Both the position numbers and the translations under genes were made by a program. Of a stretch of 64,000 nucleotides of DNA, positions 56,729-64,000 are shown piece after piece. Below the pieces are notes generated by a model. The model was not told where the DNA came from, made no database searches, and saw only the letters and a program-made list of their open reading frames with translations. This DNA comes from Eledone cirrhosa (lineage: Eukaryota), in NCBI GenBank assembly GCA_964016885.1, contig OZ024742.1:135098001-135162000 (forward strand), given 5' to 3'. Each line of letters starts with the position of its first letter. Within the stretch, counting starts at the first letter, position 1.

Positions 56729-56912
56729 GGCGGTGGATTGGCAGTATCGGTAGAGGGTCGGACGCCATGCTTTCCAGCATAGTTACGTCCCTTTACGATC
56801 TGAGTTCAAATCCCGCCGAGGTTGACTTTGCCTTTCATCCTTACGGGGTCGATAAAATAAAGTACCAGTAATGCACTGGGTAATGCTGGCCTTGTGCCTA
56901 AAGTAGAAACAA
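56729..56912 (+). mobile_element. tRNA-derived SINE (least diverged copy)
   Basis: TGGCAGTATCGG A box, GAGTTCAAATCC B box, TSD ATTATTTTGTT. Confidence 0.92.
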
Positions 56913-57715
56913 TTATTTTGTTAGTGGTCTGGAGGCGGTTATAGTAATAGTTATAATGTAAGGGTAATGGTGATATAAGGGTAAAGGTAATGCAAATATT
57001 GGTGTTGGTTGTCTTGGTTTAGGAAGCAGATATAGGTGTGAAAATGGTAAAGTTAGCGTTATTTTTATTAATAATGCGAATACTAGTATGGAAGGTGATT
57101 TTGAGATGCTGAACGTGGAATTACGTGGTGCCGTTGTTGATAGTGATAGTCGTGATGGACTTTTTGGTTGTAAGGCTTTTGTTGTGCTAGATGATAGTTG
57201 TTATGAAAGTTATTGCGTTTAATGGTGGGAATGGTGGTTTTTGATGTTGGTGTTGCTGCTGGTAACTAGCACACAAGAGGCTATGAAAGTGAAGCCATGC
57301 TTAGAATAGGACAAGTAGGGCGCAGTGAAAGAACAGGACACAAGAAATTGCTTTTGAAATGATCTAATGGTTCTACGACATAGAATGTGGAACTTCTCAA
57401 TCAAATTAAACAAAGAATTTACACACAGATAGAAAACATAGAAAAGAAAAGAGAAATGAAGAAATAAAGAAATAACCATGAAAAATAGAAAACAAAGAAA
57501 AAAGTAAAAGAATGGATTATTTTTGGTTGAAGGCCAAAAATTTGGTTCTAAGCCAAAATTGGAGTACAATGGACATAAACTTTATTGTCACGAAGAATAA
57601 ACCTTGAATGCTGTGCTGAATAGATTGAAGAGCATTCTAGACCGTCACCTACTCCTACAGCCAAAATTCCGTTATTTCTTGCAAACGCATCTGTGTATGA
57701 CTTACTATATACGTA

Positions 57716-57789
<74 letters not shown>

Positions 57790-58732
57790 AGTGTATATAT
57801 ATATGTGTGTGTGTGTGTCTTTGTGTCTGTGTATGTGTGTGAATCTGTGTGTGAGTGAGAAGGAGAGAAAACATGAGAGTAATATGTACATAATATGTAA
57901 TATGTGTTTCTTCGTATATATATATATTTCTATATATGATTTAGAGAAAAAATAGTTAGGGTTAGAGGAGTAAGCTTCAGAAAGCGAGAGGTTAAAAGCG
58001 CATGTACACATAGAAATCACGGGTATTGCTGTGGGTTAAATAATGAAGGAAATAAAGGAGAGAAAACAAAATACATTCGAATTGACGTGGCATATGAAAC
58101 AGAGAAAAAACTGGCAAGCATCCCACAACCTTCCTGAGTAGTGGAAAGTATGTGTGAATGAAAAGCATAAAAGGAAGAATAAAAGGCGATATTCGTACAT
58201 ACCAGAGAATGATAGTTTGGTAACAGACAGATCGATATCACAGCAGAGAAGTGCATCGTTGTGTGTTCAAATTTATTCTATTTCAGTATATGTTGAGTTT
58301 TTCGAGTAGTTTTACAATTATCTTGCGTGTTGAATCCTCTTCGTTTCCGACGACGATTCTTCCAGTTGTTCAAATTACGGCAGAACCTGCTCCTGAAATT
58401 AACTTGCAAATATATGAGCATTTCACAAACACGTGCAAACTGTACTTAGTTCTCAAGGAGATTCAGTGTGTCACATTTTGTGACTAAGCTGATTTAGTAA
58501 TTTCTACACAAGTACCTTGCAAGTAATAAAGTAATATTGGCTATCAGAGAAGCTAATAGTCTAAAATTCTCTTGAATATATTCAACATATAAAACATTTT
58601 TTGCCAACTGAGTGGACAGGGGAAACATAGAATAAATTGTATTGCTCAAGTATACAACACACCACAAGATTATAACACATGATCATATAAATATCTCTTC
58701 TCGTGTATATATATATATATATATGTGTATGT

Positions 58733-58841
<109 letters not shown>

Positions 58842-60316
58842 GTGCGTGCGCGTGTGCGTGTGTGTGTGTGTGTGTGTATTGCGGGGTAGGATGTGGTGGC
58901 ATATATTAATGTATTATACTGACTACATTATCGAATGTAGCCTATTTTATTAAGAAAATATATTATTATTTTGGACTTTGCATATATTGCTAATGTGTCT
59001 AGACAACTAATTGAGAGAGTTGTTAAAGTGTGGGATTAACTGTCTAGCGGTATATAGTTTTCCCTGCAATCTGAGTTTAAATTCAGTCAGTTTACATATT
59101 TTGTTTGATGGATTAGTAGACATGTTGGACCGGCGAGAAATATGATTGCTTGATTGCAGTTCTGTAGAATCTGAATTCTGAATACTTGTAAGAGTCTGGT
59201 AGATATTACAGGGTAATATTTATAGGGAAAATTAAAAGAAACAAAAATACTATATACATGAACGTTAATGAACTGCTACATTTAAATCTGCATTTGCATG
59301 ATTTTAATTACACCTAATCAGATTGAAACGAAATGTGTATCAATGTAATATAACTACTAAACACCTGCTAACTTCTAAAAACCCAGTACCAGGAAAAAGT
59401 GTGCCCCAAAACGGGGAGAAAAGAGCAAAATGGTGAGATTTTACATAATGGAAGCTATATCCAAGAAAAGAACTCTCTCACTCACCCCAAAGTGGGTGGG
59501 AGATCTCACCGTCGAACGGGGAGAGTTGACAGGTCTGCTACTGTCAATTCTGTTAATTCATATTGGCTTTAATATTTATTAATTTAAACTCAGACATGGT
59601 GCAAGCAATTCAACCATGCACATAAACAATTCCTTTCGCCAACTTGTCTTCTCTAACCTTACGAATTAATCTAGTATAGCCTGGATTTCATAAATCATAA
59701 CATGACATTCAACTGATCTTAAACGTTTTATGGTAAGTCTATTTCATGAATTTGAAACATAAAATCGTACTATGTGTTTGACACTGAGGACTTTAAAGAA
59801 ATATTTTGTATATATCATCAGGAAAAATTTCGAAAATATCTTGTTGCTTGCATGATATTTTTCAATGATTTAAGCATTAGGTGCCAAATTTGTACGCAAA
59901 TGAGTAGCCATTCCATTCCTATAGAAATCTGGCAGCACCTATATCATTTATTTAATACTATATAACTTATATACATCCTGCAAGATCGTAACATTACCTC
60001 TTATTTCCCCACGCCGTCAGTATATAGAGCATTAGTTTACATACACATTTAAGCAGGTATCCTTAAATGTCATGCTAACTTATACACATATAATTTACTT
60101 ATTGTTAAATTAGTATTGATTAATTAGTCCAGAAAACCCTAGTTGGTTATACTCTAATACTTGACTATAACCAAAGAACCATTATTCATTTCTCTATTTC
60201 TCAATTAGTTTAGTGTTAGTTTATTTGGTCCACTACTTTATGGTCCGATATTTATTTCCCTATTTCTGTATTAATTCATCATTAATGTGATCAAACATTA
60301 AATTCCCTATGAAATT

Positions 60317-60510
60317 CATGTTTACAAATGTTTCACAAACAGCTGTCTCGTGATCCGGGTTGACGTTCCAGAATAGATTCCAAATCTGCCTGATCCTCAG
60401 ACCAGTGTTATCACCACAACAACCACATCGGTTCAAGCAGATTTGGAATCTATTCTGGAAAGTCAACCCGGATCAGGAGCCAGGTGTTTATGAAACTTTT
60501 GTAACCAGGA
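60317..60510. mobile_element. Fold-back element, family H, with a long-stem-II hammerhead (60317-60405, minus)
   Basis: Arms 60322-60393 and 60433-60504. CTGGT-CTGAGGA-tCAGGCAG..CTGTTTGt-GAAA-CATTTG-TA; the other arm supplies ACCAG for stem I. Confidence 0.75.
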
Positions 60511-60569
60511 TTGAAAGCAAAAACACATTTTTTTTTGTCCGCTCCTTTTCATCTCTATATATCGCATTT

Positions 60570-60671
<102 letters not shown>

Positions 60672-60868
60672 ATATATATATATATATATCAGTAAATAAA
60701 AGATTGCAATTGACTTATGTTTCGTCACTATTATAACACCGGAACTTATATCTTCGTTGAGTGTTCCCTATCCGCATACTGAAGTATTGGATTTTACCAA
60801 CACCTTCTTGTTTACCTCATGCTCCCCACCCTGTTGAGCGCTTCATACAGTAGCAGACCGCAGCCAAT

Positions 60869-63800
60869 ATGAATAAACTCACCACTCTGGCATCACTGAA
60901 GGACATCCCATTGCCGGGTAAACGAGAGTACACCAGGAATCTCACTAAGAGTACTGACTCCCTAATACGCAGGAGGCGGTGGAGGGCGTACCACTTTGAT
61001 AGAGGAAACCCCAATACTAATAACAAAAAAAATACATGGAGTACCTCTTCAGATCAAAAATGACCCCCCCCCCTCCCCGCAACAGACTATTGGAGGAGAT
61101 CGAGAACGAAATGATTGGCATCATTTCCAACATCAAATTTTCCAACCAACCATACCGGGCTCGAGAGTACCATAGACGACTGGAAAATGGAATTACCGAG
61201 CTTATGGAATCTACAGAAATACTCGTCCATGCCGACAAAACCAACAACCTTTACAGCATGGACGTTCAACTTTACCATGAGCTAATCCTCAGGGAATTGA
61301 GAAAAAGCTACACAAAAACGCCCGAGGCTACCCTGGAGGATATCAACATCAAGGCTTATGAGATCGTATCTGGTCTTGGCATAGATGATAGGACGGCTCC
61401 ATACCAACCAAGGGAGCCGAGTATTATCATTAAGGACCACAAACCAAACTTTGAGTCTAACCTGCCGGTCAGACTGATAGCCCCCTCCCGATCAGACATG
61501 GGGGTAATTAGCAAAATCATTTTAGATAGGATCCTGCCAGCACTTAGGAGGAAAACCTGGTTACAACTCTGGTCCTGTACCAGCCAGGTACTGAACTGGT
61601 TTACATTTTTACCTGACAAACATAGGACTAGCTTCATATAACTAGACATCAACAATTACTACTCCTCTATCTCGCCCATAGTCCTGAACAAGGCACTTAT
61701 ATTCGCGAAGAATAGGACAGACATAACGCGCGACGAGGTCCGAATCATACACGCCGCCAGAAAGACCCTGATCCGATTCGGTGGGGACATATGGACACGG
61801 AGTGACTGGCCAAATAATTTTGACATTACAATGAGCTCCAGTGACTCCGCCCAGCTAACGGACCTGGTTGGGACATACATACTCTACGAAATCAGGAGCG
61901 AAATACCCAACCTGGGTGGCGGACTGTGCAGAGACGATGCACTCTTCACCGTCGTGGACCACAACACCACAATGGTTGGAAATATGAAGAGGAGAATTGG
62001 ACACTTGTTTTTAGCAAGATAGGACTTAAAGTAGAGATGGAACCCAATAGAAAAGTAGTGAACTTCCTGGACACCACCCTCAACCTCAACACCAAGCTAT
62101 ACCACCCATATCATGAACCCAATGAGAAGCCGGTGTATATCAACGCTGGGTCCAATCACCCTAGATCTATAGTTAAGGCCATAGTTAAGAGTGTCTCTGA
62201 CATGATCTCTAACTTGCCTGCCAATCAAGAGATCTTCAATAATAATGCTGATTATTATAACTCAGCGCTAGCTAAGGCGTCCCACAGCCATAGGATCAGC
62301 TATAACCCTAAGGGACATGATCGCGATGACCCAGGGGTGCCCCGGGCCAATATCCTCAGGGGCATGAGTCGCCCACCTAATACCACGGTGACCAGTAGTA
62401 ATACTCCCAGAGCCCTAACCGCCACAAACTGCGGTAGAAGGTCCCGCATACCCCACCGTTCTAATACCTACAACACTGAGGACCACTGTAATGCGGAGCA
62501 TAGGGACCCCTGCACCGGCCCCACCACCCGCCGAACCCTCATAGAGCCGGGAGGCCGCACCGTGCAGTTTTATAGCCCCACGGTGGGTCCATATACCCCT
62601 CATGATAGTGACCATTCTGCACACCTTAGTAACACCAACCGAGCTCGCCTTGAGCTGTGAACAACCCCGCGATTGACCACGGCAGTAACCCAACAACTCC
62701 GCAAGAATAGGACCAGGAAGGTCACATGGTATACCCCCCCCCCCCACCGTACTCGGTGGGTCTACGTACCGGCCTGGCTAGATCATTATTTAGAGTACTG
62801 GATAAATGTTTCCCTAGGGCCCATAGGAACCATAACATATTCAACAGACACACGGTGAAACTTTCCTACTCAACCACACGCTCCGTAGCCCAGCACGTAG
62901 CCGGCATAAATAGGAATTGGCTCACTGCCTCTAATACTACCGTAAACCCCGGAGCCACCCAACGGAACCACGTCGTGGGACACATCAGGCCCCTACAGGC
63001 CCAACAAGCACAGCGGAACCCAACGACCCTGTGCTGAATGCGGCGGCTACACAGCCAACCCCGTGTGATGGTAACCCCGCGGTACATGTGCAGGGGCTTA
63101 AAAAGTCATGCAATTGCAAAGACCCATCACTATGCCGCCTTAGTAATGAATGCATGACGAAAAACGCAATCTACAGGTGCAAGGTCACAACCCCTAACTC
63201 GGAGCACCACTACATAGGATCCGCGGCGACGAGCTTCAATGATAGGTAGTATAACCATCGCCACTCCTTTAACAGAATAGAAAAGAAGAAATGTACAGCC
63301 GTTTCTGAATTGATCTGGAAGCTCAATCTTGAAAAGACCCCGCACTCTTTGGTCTGATCCGTGGTTAGAAAGGTTCCCCCAGACAGAGGTGGGTCTGGTA
63401 TTTGCAACCTCTCTTTAGTGAGACACTGGAGATACTTCATGGCGGAACCAAGCTATTAAACAGTGGAGCCAACTTATTCGGCGCCTGCAGACACCTAACG
63501 ACGGGAACTTTCCTCAAGCTATATGACTAAACCCCGGTTATGGCCTCCCAAAGCGCCCCCCACCCCGTAGGTCCCCTACACCCCGTACCAATGACCAATG
63601 GGCAACAACACCCACCCATAGTTTGTGGTCCCTCGGGTGGATTGTCCACCGGATTCTCTACTGGTTAGGAGTCATCAAAACCACGTCTTCTGAACCTAAT
63701 GACCCCCGCCTCCCGGGAGTGGCCCACACAGGAAGAGCGATTATCCTAAGGTACTAACCCTATACGCATGAATGAGTGCCCGCAACCGTGCGTTGTGTGT

Positions 63801-64000
63801 GTATACTGGAATATGGTGAATGTACGCACTTATGTGAACGCAACGAAATACTAATACCCCAGGTTGCATTTGAAAAATGTTCGAGTGTATGCTTAAGCGT
63901 ATATTTGTGTATGCTCTCTTGTATGATTGCACATGTGTATATAGACATACACACGCATCCAGAGGTATACATGTCTGTACTGAGGGATTCGCCTAAGCTC
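60869..64000 (+). mobile_element. Near-full-length Hydra-clade-like PLE, frameshifted; the 3' region probably runs off the window
   Basis: HADKTNNLY, IKDHKPNF..VRLIAPSRSDMG, SFI*LDI..YYSSI, GGLCRDDAL, NFLDTTLNL, GSNHP, RKVTWY, CNCKDPSLCRLSNEC, AIYRC...HYIGS. Confidence 0.9.

Overview
AT-rich, microsatellite-saturated eukaryotic intergenic or intronic DNA. The repeat landscape suggests a cephalopod such as Octopus; this is inference, not verified. No host gene can be supported, and almost all ORF-track entries are (TA)n/(CA)n/(GA)n artefacts. The window is dominated by Penelope-like retroelements (PLEs). Three near-full-length decayed copies have an RT (Y/CRDD) and a C-terminal GIY-YIG preceded by CxCx5Cx5C, consistent with the Hydra clade. 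There are also several endonuclease-only remnants and more than a dozen families of short non-coding pLTR-like units sitting in (TA)n tracts. Reading by eye on both strands finds about 20 type I hammerhead ribozyme motifs (canonical, U3:A8, CAGANGA and long-stem-II variants). Many are arranged as fold-back inverted repeats whose junctions fall in or next to the ribozyme, and one 1.31-kb non-coding unit is bounded by tandem hammerheads (retrozyme-like). Also present are tRNA-derived SINEs with target-site duplications (TSDs), a decayed mariner, an internally deleted Helitron and an RTE-LINE 3' end. All structures were paired by eye; none was tested computationally.
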